From contig NC_133619.1 in assembly GCF_048593235.1 (NCBI RefSeq), positions 431,981,644-432,045,643 on the forward strand: DNA of 64,000 bases, in the 5' to 3' direction. This document shows, in pieces, positions 12,839-24,404 of this stretch. A program made the translations under genes and the position numbers. The stretch comes from Sminthopsis crassicaudata. Taxonomy: Eukaryota. How positions within the stretch are numbered: the first letter of the stretch is position 1; every line of letters begins with the position of its first letter. The notes under the pieces are model-generated. The model searched no databases, was not told where the DNA came from, and saw only the letters and a list, made by a program, of their open reading frames with translations.

Positions 12839-15204
12839 ATTCTTCCATAAAGCAAAACTAATGAATCTCAGAATTCTCATTCTCTAGAGATAATAGAAAA
12901 TACATGACTCTTCTTATTCTTCAGATAGATCCTGTACCTGTTCCAAACTTCATACAAAGATATTTTTTGCAATTGTCTCTTGTCAAATACACACACACAC
13001 ACACACTGAACTACTGTGTATGGCAAAAAAATTAATTAACTTCTTTGTGAAAAGGCAAAAGTTTTGGCAATAAATATAGCATTGATGATTTCCTTTGTTC
13101 ACAGTGAAAAAGATCGTACAAAACAAAATGAAATACTGTATTTTGGTTGTCTGAATAGTCCTTAAAAGAGAAAATGAAGTGGATCAGTCCAAAAACATTC
13201 ATTTATTTAAAAAAAAAAAAAAGGATTACAATTTAAGATTCATTTCCTAGTAACTACCCCAAGACTTGATTGGGCTGCCTGGTCTCTGGGAATAGCAGTA
13301 AGTTAATCGTGCTTATCTTAGCTTCCACATGGTGGCTCACTTGGGAAGTGATCTAGGCTCAATCATAGATCCTGACCAAAATTGCCATTGCAAGCACAAG
13401 TTGCCAACTATTTGCTAACCAGAGCTCCTAAAAATGCTACATCATTCAGGTAAAAAATTATCTTTATCAGGCTGGGACTGAGGTGAAATATGACTTGCCA
13501 GCCTACTTTCCTATATCTGCCTTTCTAAGGCAAATGATATCACATTTTAGACTTTTTTTTGTAAGTGTGCTAAAAGTGTATCTTGTAAGGATAAATCTAC
13601 TTCCACACAAGAATTCATAGATTTTATCAGTCTTTCTTTGCCAGCTTATTATATTAATAAATTGGGGGAGAACCAAAAAATTGGAAAGAGAAATGGGCCA
13701 TTTACCTTTCTTTAGATCTGGTTCATTTCAATGGTTATTAAGAATCTGTTCTGGACAAGGTGCTGGCTGGCAAAGGTGAGTTTCATATTGAAAAAGATCT
13801 ATGATTTGATACTTATGGAAATGCAATGTCATTGAGCAAAGCTGAAGTTACAAGATGAAATATCAAATGAAAAAACAAATTAATAGACTCCCAATATAGC
13901 ACTGTAGATGCTATGTATTTGTGTGGTGTGATATGAGACAGTTACCTTTACCAAATAAAAAGAAAATGTTGGCCTTTCTTGACCTTGCAGGAGATAAATT
14001 ACCATTGTGCTATTTGTTTGTATTAGTTTTCTTGTATTTAATTTTTCAGAATTTAAGAAATAAAACAGTAACTTAAAAGCATATGGTCAAAATAGTGATA
14101 AAAATCAATTCCTTGGAGTTTCCAAAAATACTTTAATTTGTGAAGCAACTGTCATTTGACAAATTTATCTTCCTGAAGATTAGTGTTTTTAAGATTTATT
14201 ATTTCACAAATTCTTCTATAAAAATGGCTAGCTAATAATATGGGAAAAGGAGGGAATAAATAATATTCCAGCAATTGTATTCCAACAATATTTGGTATAT
14301 ATTCCAGTAGTTTGATAAAAATCTCAACTATAAGTCTAGAACTTTTTACAAATTTTCAAAAATCCAGTAGTCATAACAGTTTTGTCTTATGATGGATATA
14401 AATTCTTAGTATTATCTGCCAGTGTGTCTGTGTTAAATATTCCAATACGGCCTATGTCTGTTATTCAAAGCCAGCAATTATTATGTTGAAAAGCCTTATA
14501 TGTTGCCCCAAGATTAGACTTATTGAAAATTATTTTATATTATGGGATAAAAAGTGATGGGACAAAGGGGAAAGCATGCTTCAAAGCCTTCTGGGAAAAC
14601 AAAACAAAAAAAAACTACTTTCCACACTAATAAGCATAACAAACAGACTTTACATGGTAGTGGAATAAACATCTACCTAATGGGGTGGAAATATAAGGGC
14701 AAATAGGAAGTCCTCCCCATTCTTACCAGAGCCTTAAGATCTTTCCAAAAAGAGCAAAACCTCTCTGACCTTCATTCAGGAGACATAAAATGAAAAACTT
14801 CATGGGTAGAGTAAAATTGACAAATTCCTACTTAATTGTGAGTGACTAAGAATAGATCTTCTCATGAAGAAGGTATTAAGAAGGAGGGGAAGAGTCATTT
14901 CAGAATTTGAATGAATTAGGAGATACTACATTAAAAAAGAAAAAAAAGATATAGAATAAAGTCTGTAGGATGACAGACTTTTTTTTTTACCAATCTCAAA
15001 TTTTTGACTAAGAGAAAACCCTGCTATTATGTTTGCTTTGTCAAGTTGTGGGGTCGACAGGTAGAGTTTATACTAGTTTTATGTAATGGTGATTTACAAA
15101 TTCTTTATATGTATTATATTTACATATATAAATATATATTAATATTAATTGACATATATTTAATATAATATATATTTATATATTTGTATATTTACAAATT
15201 TTGG

Positions 15205-15325
15205 TATATCTTGCCTTATTTAAATAGTAGGCTTTTTGAAGGCAGGAACATGTTTTCTATTTGTTTCCTATCTCCCATGTTAATTATGATAAGTGTTTGA
15301 GAAATGCTTTATAAAATATTTGTTC
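15205..15325 (+). mobile_element. L2 3' end
   Basis: gctttttgaaggcaggaacatgtttt...aaatgctttataaaatatttgtt. Confidence 0.6.
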
Positions 15326-17944
15326 AAGTGCTTTGTTAACAGTCAACTGAGGTTGATAATGGGATCATAATTATGGTGAGGTCCTGGCAGCTTTTAAGAA
15401 GGGTTTCCAGAGGCAATATCCAGTCACAATACTGGCTTATAGGCAGTTCTCTTAACTGCCTCTCCTCCTAAAGTGCTTTACTGATCTCTGATTCTGCTGG
15501 TGCAGCCACCTCACCTCTTTTTCACCACTGTTTTGACTAGTATCCGAATGCATTTTGAGATTTTAATGGAGATATTTTAGGATGTAACTCAAATTCTACT
15601 CATTTGTTAATGTAGTAGCAACAGCAGCTGTTTATTCACGGACATAAGTGACAAGGATTAGTGATAATTCGCTTGCCTTCATCAGTAGAACTGAGCATCA
15701 TTAAGTATTATGGATTGCTGTAACATTGTACTTTGATGACAAATATATATATATATATACATGCACATATACATAATTGTATAATTGTATATGTGCATGT
15801 GTATGTGTATATGTGTGTAAGTATGTATGTATGTCTTAAGTGTTTCACAGTTTAGATTATGTTTTTAAGTACCTTGGAAAAGCCTGATCTTTGACTTCTA
15901 TACTTTGTTTCATTCCCATATAGGTTATATTTTGTGTTCAATATACCCTTGCTCAAATGCTTGAACAATCTAGTAAAAGGCATTCTAATGTAATGTGAAT
16001 GACTTTTTGTTATGAGACTAAAAATCTGTAAGTTAAAAAAAAATTGCATTGGTTTGTGAATCTCATAGTCTGTGTTTACCACATCTAAAGGAAAAGCTTT
16101 GCATACATTATTATCTTGATAATAAAACTGTAGTGTATGTTTTATTAAGACCAGTTTCAGTAAGTAATTTAATAGTGTATTTGTCCATAACAAGCCTCCA
16201 ATTATTCCAATCTCTCTCTAGTAATGACCCCATTCCATTTTTCATTTTTAGTACCTAAAATACTTATTGGCCTAATGGTTTTTATGTTTCACTCCAGCAT
16301 AATTTTCATTGAAAAAAATGGCAAGTGTTAACTCTTTGTAACTCTAGAGAACAGTATCAGCGTTTTAAACCCACATTTTCTCTCCTTCCTTTGTTCCTTC
16401 CTTCCTTCTTTTCTTTTTCCTTTCCTTCCATCCTTCATTTCTTCCTCTTTTTTAAAGTTTCATTTAGAAAAATGTGTCTACTAGCCACAAAATTCAAGTT
16501 TCATTCATCTGTGACAACTTTTAACTTTTACTTTTTTTAGAAAAGAAGAGACTTGTTTGGGACCAATAAATTCTATCAGGTAAGGACTGCTGGTAGTGGA
16601 GTTTTCTGACAGAATTTTTCTTTTCCTCTTTTTTTGGAGGCAAACTTCTAAAGGTTCTAGAAAATAATGTTGTTTAGCAAGATTCTGTTACTCCTGAAGT
16701 AGCTTTTATATACAATGTGAACTAACAAGAAATGTCTCTGGTTTTTGTAATAAGGCCATTTATTTTTGCAAACTTACCACTAACTGTAGAATTGTGCCAA
16801 GATGTGTGTGTATGTGTGTGTGCATGAAGTTCTTTAAGAACTCACTCATTTTTTAACAAGAAAATGGCCCACAAATTCTGGGATAAGTACCCAATAAAAG
16901 CCTGAAGATGAAAGAATTTTGTGAATATAATAATGTTAAATTATTCAGTTATCCTTGTGTATTACATAAGTGTGTATATACCGCTTATTTAGTCACACAT
17001 TTCTGATGATTTCAGAAGCCTAACATCACTTAGTAAGAGAATAATTTTTAATTTAGTCTACATCTTAGCTTTTACTTTCAACTCATTTTAGAAGTTTGAT
17101 GGATAAACTTTGAGAAAATTAATAATTCAATCTTATCCATTATAAACTTTCCTTTTTTAAATATAAAAACACCAATTATGTTATTGCTTAGTCTGTAGCC
17201 TACTGAAATGACTCAGGTATTTGTAGTTATTGCATTTGAAGGCAAATATTCAAAACATTGGCTAGACAGTGTTGCCTCTTTTAGAGGTATGAAATGGTTT
17301 GGCAAAGTGGGACATTCTTTTTTGTACCATTTAGAGTCTTTTTGTACAAATGATGTCTCAAAATATGTTCTTAGGCCAGCACTATAATTATAGATGTCTG
17401 TGATAAATAACTGAGAAAGGAAGATATAAAGAGGTTTAAGCAGGGAGGAAAATTGTACCCTTTCCAAGTGTATTTGAAATGAAGTATAGAGTCAGGCAGG
17501 AAATAAAAGGGAAGCAGTTCCAAGTCAAAAGCCTGGAGAAAAAAAAATTCTTGTATAATGAATGGACAGGTTGTTGGAAGGGTAGAGAAAAGGGTACCAG
17601 AATATAAATAGTCAAAGGCTACTTAGTAATGTGATTTATGGTTATGATAAAGATTTTACCTCTAAGTGGGAACCATCTGGAGAATGCTTCTTGGGAACCT
17701 CTGGAATTGTAATTCTACCTAGGACAACAAGGAAAACCTTTTTTACTTTGCTTCTTCTGGAAGTTGGTCAGCAGCTCATAAACAATGAAATTTAGACTTC
17801 TTAGCCTCAGGAGAAAAGAGAAAAGTATTTTCTTGTTGAAGTGAGGTGTGGTGTGAAATGTTTTGGCAAAGTAGAACTACCAGTAAGGAAAATCCTGCTT
17901 TGATGCCATTGTGGTAGTGATCCTGGACTCTTGAAACCTATTAT

Positions 17945-18125
17945 GGGTAGCATGGTACAAAGGATTTATAGATAGAAGACTTGAGCTCTGTTTTCCATGA
18001 AACCTTTGATGAGTCATTTAATTTCATTTTAACATCAGTTTCCTTGGGTGTAAAATGAGCAGAGTGGACCAAGTTGATGTATAAGGTCCTTTCCACTCTA
18101 TATCCAATTATCCTATAATCCTAAG
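17945..18125 (+). mobile_element. MIR3/Ther-2-type SINE
   Basis: gggtagcatggtac...cagtttcct...tgtaaaatgag...taaggtcctttccactcta...atcctataatcctaag. Confidence 0.75.
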
Positions 18126-19084
18126 TCTTTACCAGTTTGAAAACTTTGGCCGCAGATGATGATTAACTTGGGTATCATCAGTAAGTCTAGTCTAGCCAGG
18201 GACAAAGGGGTTTAGCCAGAAAATTGGCTACCACGTGATGATTTTTTAAAAATAACTTTTTTCATTACTTTGCCCTGACAACCCATGAATCTTTCAGAAT
18301 ATCAAAATGAGTGCTATAGATAAGAGTTCTGAGACACAGTCCTATTTAACCTGGGAATTCTGAAAGCATGTGCAGAAGCTTTTTCAAGATCTGTCAAGTT
18401 TTAGAAGTTTGCTTCTACTCCAGGGGGACGTCGGGACTATAAACAGTGAAGAAGGGCTGGTATAGGGTTCCTGAAGACACAAAACTGGATTTCTGCTACC
18501 TACATCTTGGGTCTGATACCACGCAGGTACTGATTCCAGGTTAAAAATGCTTTGCAAAGCCTGAAATCACAAACATTTGTCTCCTAAGATTACCCTTTTG
18601 TGAGATAGAATTTTGTTGTTTACTTGCAATATTTGAACTCCAGAGTAAAGGTGCCTGAGGAACAAAACATATTTTTGAACCTTTGATACTTTTGGTATTG
18701 GCTGTTCCCAGGAGAAAATAGTAATGCTCCATTCTTGCAGCAGACTAACATGGTTTGTCTATTTCTATGCACACCAAGATAACATGTCCAGTTCTGTGGT
18801 TTTCAAGTATTTTACTACACTACAAATATTTTAAGTACTTTAGGAACTCTTCGAACCAGAAGATGTATTTGAACGTTTAGCTTTATATATCTTAACTTTA
18901 AAGCAAGTTTGAAAAAATTCTATATGTTTTTATTTGTCACCTAAAATAATTCTGCATGGTAAGTGCTGAACAGAATTTTATTCCTTCATAAATTCTTGGA
19001 ACCTCTGTGGGCAACTGGCCACCCTCTCCTTCCCATGCTACTTTGAACTACTCATAACTATTGTTTGTGTGAACTCATATTCCT

Positions 19085-19260
19085 ATGAATTACAGCAAGT
19101 TGGAGTTGCAACAGACCATAGGACATGGTTTAGTTCAGTACCCTCATTTTTAATTGAGGAAAATCAGGCCCTGAGAATGGAATTTACTTAGCAAGATCGC
19201 ATATTATGTTAGCTGCAGAGCTGGGATTTAGTATCCAGTGCTATTCCTCCCTTCCCCCTT
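19085..19260 (-). mobile_element. MIR-family SINE
   Basis: ggagttgcaacagaccatagg...tagttcagtaccctcatttttaattgaggaaaa...gagctgggattt. Confidence 0.65.
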
Positions 19261-19346
19261 CCATCTTAGTGTGTACTGTTGACTGTCAGAATCTAGGCTA
19301 TAATCATGACAGAAACAAAACATTTTTCTATTCATTCACCCTAAGG

Positions 19347-19577
19347 CAGTGCTGTGTCAAAATCAAAAAGAAAAAGGGGTCATTAAAATGTAGGTAAGAA
19401 TTCCTCTAGGCTACATATTGTCTTAGAAAACTACATATTCATATTATCTATATTTTATTGTATTTGTTATGTATTTTGTCAAAAATTTTCTACTTATATT
19501 TTTATCTGATTTAGGCCCCACTTGTGAGTGTTGTAGACTGTGTGTGCCAGGACTGGCCAAGTGTTTTGACACATCTG
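19347..19577 (+). mobile_element. Non-autonomous hAT (Charlie-like) DNA transposon, about 230 bp
   Basis: Imperfect terminal inverted repeats cagtgctgtgtcaaaat ... gttttgacacatctg; internal acatattgtcttagaaaactacatatt text typical of a marsupial hAT MITE. Confidence 0.7.
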
Positions 19578-19856
19578 CTTTCTTTCTCACACATTTAAGA
19601 CATTTTAAAGGCCCAATATTTGTTAATGTTGAACTTTCTTAATTTTTAACCACATATAGAAGTGCTAAGTTATTTTGTTGAATTAAATTGAGTTTTCATG
19701 CTTTAACAAAGATTATCAGCTACTTCAAGGGTAATGTTGAAATTCCAGAGATTTCATTTACTGGTATGATTTTGTTTTTGCAAGATTCTCTGTTTGTAAC
19801 TGACATATCATTTTTGCTGAATTTGAAACTGCCAGAGATTTGACCCTGCTTTAGAC

Positions 19857-19927
19857 CAGGGTTTTTTAACCTAAGATCCATAAACAGATTTTTCATAAAG
19901 TCCATAAATTTGGATGGGGAAAAAAGT
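19857..19927 (+). mobile_element. hAT-Charlie (MER5-group) 5' end fragment
   Basis: cagggttttttaacctaagatccat...aatttggatggggaaaaa matches the 5' TIR region of the family also seen at 29057, 48745 and 51279. Confidence 0.55.
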
Positions 19928-20857
19928 TTCCTTATTTATGCCCACATAAGACAAAGTTAAGTGCCCCTACTTGGGAATATCATCAGGTCCACAGAAGAAT
20001 GGGTATCACTCTGCAGGTACTACACTCAACATTGTATCTTTTGTTTTTCTCTTTCCCATTAGTATCACATATTTTTCAGAAGGAATGTCCTGGTTGTTTC
20101 TTACCAAGCATGTCCACACACTCTCCTACATGAATTTATGTTCTTGCTGAATAGCTGGGATAAAAACCCATCATCTTATTAAAGGCTTGAAATATTGACA
20201 TATTATGTATCTACTAGATCAATATTTAAACAGCGTTTGCATGCTGAACATTTTTGTGTGGGAGCCTCTTAAATGAGGTATTGTGACAGGTGTTTCCTCT
20301 GTGATTGATACTTTGGAGTGAGTGAATAAAAATGATTAATTAGCATCACTGTAAAATACAGATTAACAGCTGTAAATTTAAATTGGAGGTTTCTATAATG
20401 TGAGCCTGCTATTTAAAATTTTGCTATGAATCAATCAACAGTTAAGAAACTGAAATAACTTTTGTTTTCTTATAAAGATTTTAACTTAGCTATTCTGGAA
20501 TTACTTTATCTACTCTTTAGTGTCTGGGGGGAAATTAATATCACTTTTAGTCCATACCCTTGGATCTCCTGTTTTATGGTTCCCTAAAATATTGGTGGTA
20601 TCCAAAAACTTCTAATCTAGGTGGCACCTGTCTTTTGACCTGGTGCTTTTGTGGGGATTTCCTGTGCTCTGATTCATTCCCTGCCAGTCTAAATGTCTGA
20701 GATGTCCTGTGAAACCACAGGGCTTAATTTTATAGCACAGCTCTGGAACAAAATTTAACAGTAAAATCCTAAAGGAAAAATAAAAGTATTTAAAATGTTC
20801 ACATCATTTACTCTCCTTTGAAGTTATAAAAGACATATTTTCTCATTTGCCCTTTAG

Positions 20858-20968
20858 ATGGATCCTGTGCAAAAAGCAGTCATAAACCACACATTTGGAG
20901 TGTCCATTCCCCCAAAGAAGAAACAAGTTATTTCTTGTAATGTCTGTCAGCTTCGTTTTAACTCTGAC
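20858..20968 (+). CDS. ZNF385B: ZNF385B internal coding exon (111 nt, phase 0/0), encodes the Cys-Cys half of a matrin-type C2H2 zinc finger
   Basis: Acceptor ...catttgccctttag|ATG and donor GAC|gtgagt. Translation [37 protein letters not shown] matches the ZNF385B peptide as I recall it; ZNF385D has GVPLPHRRKQIISCNIC here, so the paralogue is B. Confidence 0.97.
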
Positions 20969-21829
20969 GTGAGTATCACCTTTTCATTGCTCTATGTAGG
21001 TAGATAGTTTGAGGAGTGAGGAGGAAATCTGTATCCTTTTGCATACTCTGCAGCATAGCACCTCTCTGGGAAGTGTGACTATTAGTCACTAGTGTTTCCT
21101 GTGCCAGGTTTCCAAGGTTATTACCATCAGCCCTGGAAACATAAGAACCAGATTAAGTGGTCAGTAGGAGTTATTAGGGACATTTTCAAGTGACTTGCAA
21201 TGCATGACATTTTACATTTGATTCCACATGTTAAAAGTTATGTGACAAAAAGAAAAGCCTGAACTAAGAACATAGAAAGACAGGTTTGTGAATGCCCAAT
21301 AGTAAAAAGGAACATGAAATCACAAAAATTCCCTAAGAACCCCAATCATTTGTGTATATCAAACCCTACATTTTCTTTATTTCTTCAATACTTAAGGAGC
21401 CTCGATGTTCTGGTTTGGGTAACTGTATCCAGTTTTGCAAATCGCAGCCCCTTCACACTTTAGTAGATGGTCTTCATGAGTCCCTGTATCCCTAACATTC
21501 ATCACCTGTCAGCCTACATTTCCTCTGCACACTTTGGTTGATCTTCCAATGATGGACCCATAGTCCATCATATTCAAAGTCTTTCCAAACCAGTTGGACC
21601 CAAAGAGCCGACAAGAACCCAAAGTCACCTCTAGACCATGCAAAGGAATTGGCACAGGAGTAAAGTGCATGCTTTGTGTAATGATATGTAAGCATTCATC
21701 TAAACATTTTGATGCTTATACTGTAAACTCAGAACTCTTAAGTGTGGAATTTTGTAAGAGTTCTTCAACCATTGACCAAAGACTGGAAAGGAACATTACA
21801 CAAGATCATGTTAAGAACAATTCACTATC

Positions 21830-22330
21830 ATCATTCATTCACTCATTCAACAAGCATTTATTTCCAAAAGTAGAACAAAAACACCACCTCACTCATAAAA
21901 TAATAATAGCTGATACTTATAGTCATTTTAAAGTTTACGCAACACTTTATATTTTCTGTTGATATGTGTGACCATCCTGTGAGGTAGGTACTATTATTAT
22001 CCCCATTTTATAGATGAGGAAACCAAAGCTCAGAGATTTTAAGCAATTTGCTTAGTCACCTAGCTTATATCTGGCTGAATCTTTGGGACTACAGGTCCAG
22101 AATTTTATCGCCACTATGCTCTGCTACTCTGAGTTTATTCAATAAACATTTATTAAGCAGGTAAAAACAAACACTTATTAAAATGAGTGCTGTACTAAGT
22201 GCCAGGTAAAGACAAAATTCTGATAAACCTCAATTCTTGCCCACAGAGAGCTTTTGGTCTAGTAAGGAAATAAGACCTAAATACAGAAAGCAGTAATTTA
22301 CAATACTATGAGAAAAGTATGTTTGAGAAA
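21830..22330 (-). mobile_element. Cluster: L2 3' end, MIR, L2 3' end
   Basis: tcattcattcactcattcaacaagcattta; gtgaggtaggtactattattatccccattttatagatgaggaaac; tcaataaacatttattaagc. Confidence 0.75.
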
Positions 22331-22767
22331 TATAAAATTAAGTCCTTTTACTTCTCTTAGAAATTATTTTTGTTTATACTTTGGTTAAGGACTAGCATGA
22401 GCTCTGATTATCATGTTATATAGGACCTACCTCTAACTTCCAATGGAACATGAAGACATTAAAAAAATCATCTCAAAAATAATCCAGCATCAAGTCTTGA
22501 ATATGATCCCTTACATGATCCTTTATAAGATAGAATATAGGTCTCTTATAGAATATATACTCTATTACCTGCTTTGAAATTAATGGAATTAGTAGAATTA
22601 ATTGAGAAACCTGGGTACTAGTCTCTGTTCTGTCCATAATAAGGCAGGGGATCTTAGCCAAGCAATTTAAACTTTTTTATAACTCATTTTCCTCATGAAT
22701 ATAATTAAAGGGGCAAAATGAATGATTTCTAAAGCCCTCAGTTTTGGATAATTGTGCTACTGAGAGC

Positions 22768-23194
22768 TGTTGGAATACATGGGAGCCATCTGATAGTGGC
22801 TGCTGGAGATCCAACCCAGAATGGATCTCCTCTTGTGAGAGGATGATATAAAGAGACTGAGAGGCAACAATTTCTCAGTCGGAGAGGTCAGAGAACAGCA
22901 ACTGCCTTTCAGTCAAAAGGTCAGAGAACAGCAATTGCCTTTTAGTCAGAAAGGTCAGAGAACAGCAATTGCCTTTTAGTCAGAGAGGTCAGAGAAAAGC
23001 AATTGCCTTTCAGTAGGAGAGATCAGAGAATAGCAATGGCCTCTCAGTCAGAGAGGTCAGAGAACAGCAATGGCCTCTCAGTCTTGTATCATCCTCTCAC
23101 AAGAGGAGATCCATTCTGCGGGTCTGGATTGGATCTCCAGCAGCCATTGTCAGGTAGCCCCTGTGAATTTCAACAGCTCCCATGTATTACAACA
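22768..23194. mobile_element. Fold-back element: two head-to-head LTR-like half copies flanking a tandem array
   Basis: Ends tgttg...caaca. Inverted matches 22817-22848/23087-23118 (32/32), 22797-22814/23129-23146 (18/18) and 22768-22786/23176-23194 (18/19). The LTR origin is my recollection and inference, not verified. Confidence 0.8.
22876..23078 (+). repeat. Minisatellite, 6 units of 34 bp (one of 33 bp), consensus about cagtcagagaggtcagagaacagcaattgccttt
   Basis: Unit starts at 22876, 22910, 22943, 22977, 23011 and 23045. Confidence 0.95.
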
Positions 23195-23242
23195 TTGGAT
23201 GTTCATTTATTCTCTTTAATACCTATAAAGAAGTTAGCATCA

Positions 23243-23478
23243 GGCAGCTAGGTGGTCAGTGGATAGAGGACCAGCACTGAAGTCAGAGGACTGGAGTTCA
23301 AATCTGATTTCAGACACTTAACACTTCCTGGCTGTGTGACTCTGGACAAGTCACTTGAACCTTTTAGCCTCAGTTTCCTCATCTGTAAAGTGAACTGGGG
23401 AAGAAAATGGCAAACTACTCCAATATTCAAGAAAACCTCAAATGAGATCACAAGAAGTTGGACAAGATTGAATAATAA
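23243..23478 (+). mobile_element. Mar1-type CORE-SINE
   Basis: ggcagctaggtggtcagtggatagagg head, B box gagttcaaat, CORE, gaaaatggcaaactactccaatatt...aagaaaacctcaaatgagatcac tail. Confidence 0.9.
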
Positions 23479-23589
23479 TCACAAAACTCTTTTCATGTTT
23501 CATGTGTGAAAATTAAAAGTCAGAGAAATTGCTGAAGAATCTTGGATATACTTCTTTGGGAAAATCAGTGGACACATGCTTTCTGTTCC

Positions 23590-24260
23590 CGAAGGTCCCA
23601 CCATTCTACCAGTCTCCCAAGCTTCATCCATCACCTCAGTGCCATCCTTAGTTCCCAGTTCTCCTTCATCTCATCTACCAAATCAGGCACTAAATCTTAC
23701 CTTTTTTTTACCTCTACAAAATCTTTTCTAGCTCCTTATCTCTACTCAAACAGATTCCACTTTTATCGAAACCTTCCTTTCCTCTCTCTAAGATGGCTAT
23801 AGCAATCCTACTTAATCTTTCGCCTCTGCAATCCATCTTTCACTTAACCACCAAAGTGATTTTCCTTAAGCAAAGCTGCAACTGTATCACTCCCATAATT
23901 CAGTAAACTCTAGGGGATCTCTATTGACTTTGGATAAAATATAAACTCTCTTTAACTTGTAAGGCTCTTCAATCCCCAACTCATCTTTCCAGATTCATTG
24001 TACATTACTACTCCTTCCATATTCTGTGATCAGTCAAATTGATCTCTTTTGTTCACACACAGTCCAAAATTGCTTTACTTTGCATTGGCTTCCTCCCATT
24101 TGTGAAAGGAACTCCTTCCTCACCTTGACTTCATAGAACTCTTCTCTCTTCTTTCAAGGTACAGCTTAAGCCAAATTTTCTACATGAAATCTTTCTTGAT
24201 TTCCCCAATTAACAGTGCTCTCTTTCCCAAACTACCTAGTATTTAACTACATATTTTAAA
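23590..24260 (+). mobile_element. L2 LINE fragment
   Basis: caatccatctttcacttaaccaccaaagtgattttccttaagc..., tcagtaaactctagggg...ggataaaatataaactc, ttcccaaactacc. Confidence 0.85.
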
Positions 24261-24404
24261 ATATTTATCTCTTTACTTTTACATGTATAGCCATATATAC
24301 ACAACATATATACATATACACACATATATATAGTATATACATACACATACTCATATATGTATGTCATATATATATATATACATATTTACAGATACATATG
24401 TATA

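Noticed and set aside
15420-15461. Adjacent short hairpins (ccagt/actgg; aggcagtt/aactgcct)
   Set aside because: Stems of 5-8 bp are at chance frequency; similar ones occur near 35088 and 59435-59485.
1-20857. Search for the preceding ZNF385B exon (expected ...MMQPSLDIKPF...GLFPNFNT)
   Set aside because: No matching peptide found by eye in any frame; it probably lies upstream of the window.
21031-21039. GTATCCTTT, the U12 5' splice-site consensus, 62 nt after the exon donor
   Set aside because: The same 9-mer recurs elsewhere in the window (near 28473, 38239 and 40833), and the flanking intron uses normal U2 signals.
22876-23078. CRISPR-like appearance of the 34-bp repeats
   Set aside because: The units are contiguous with no unique spacers, and the context is a mammalian intron; it is a minisatellite.
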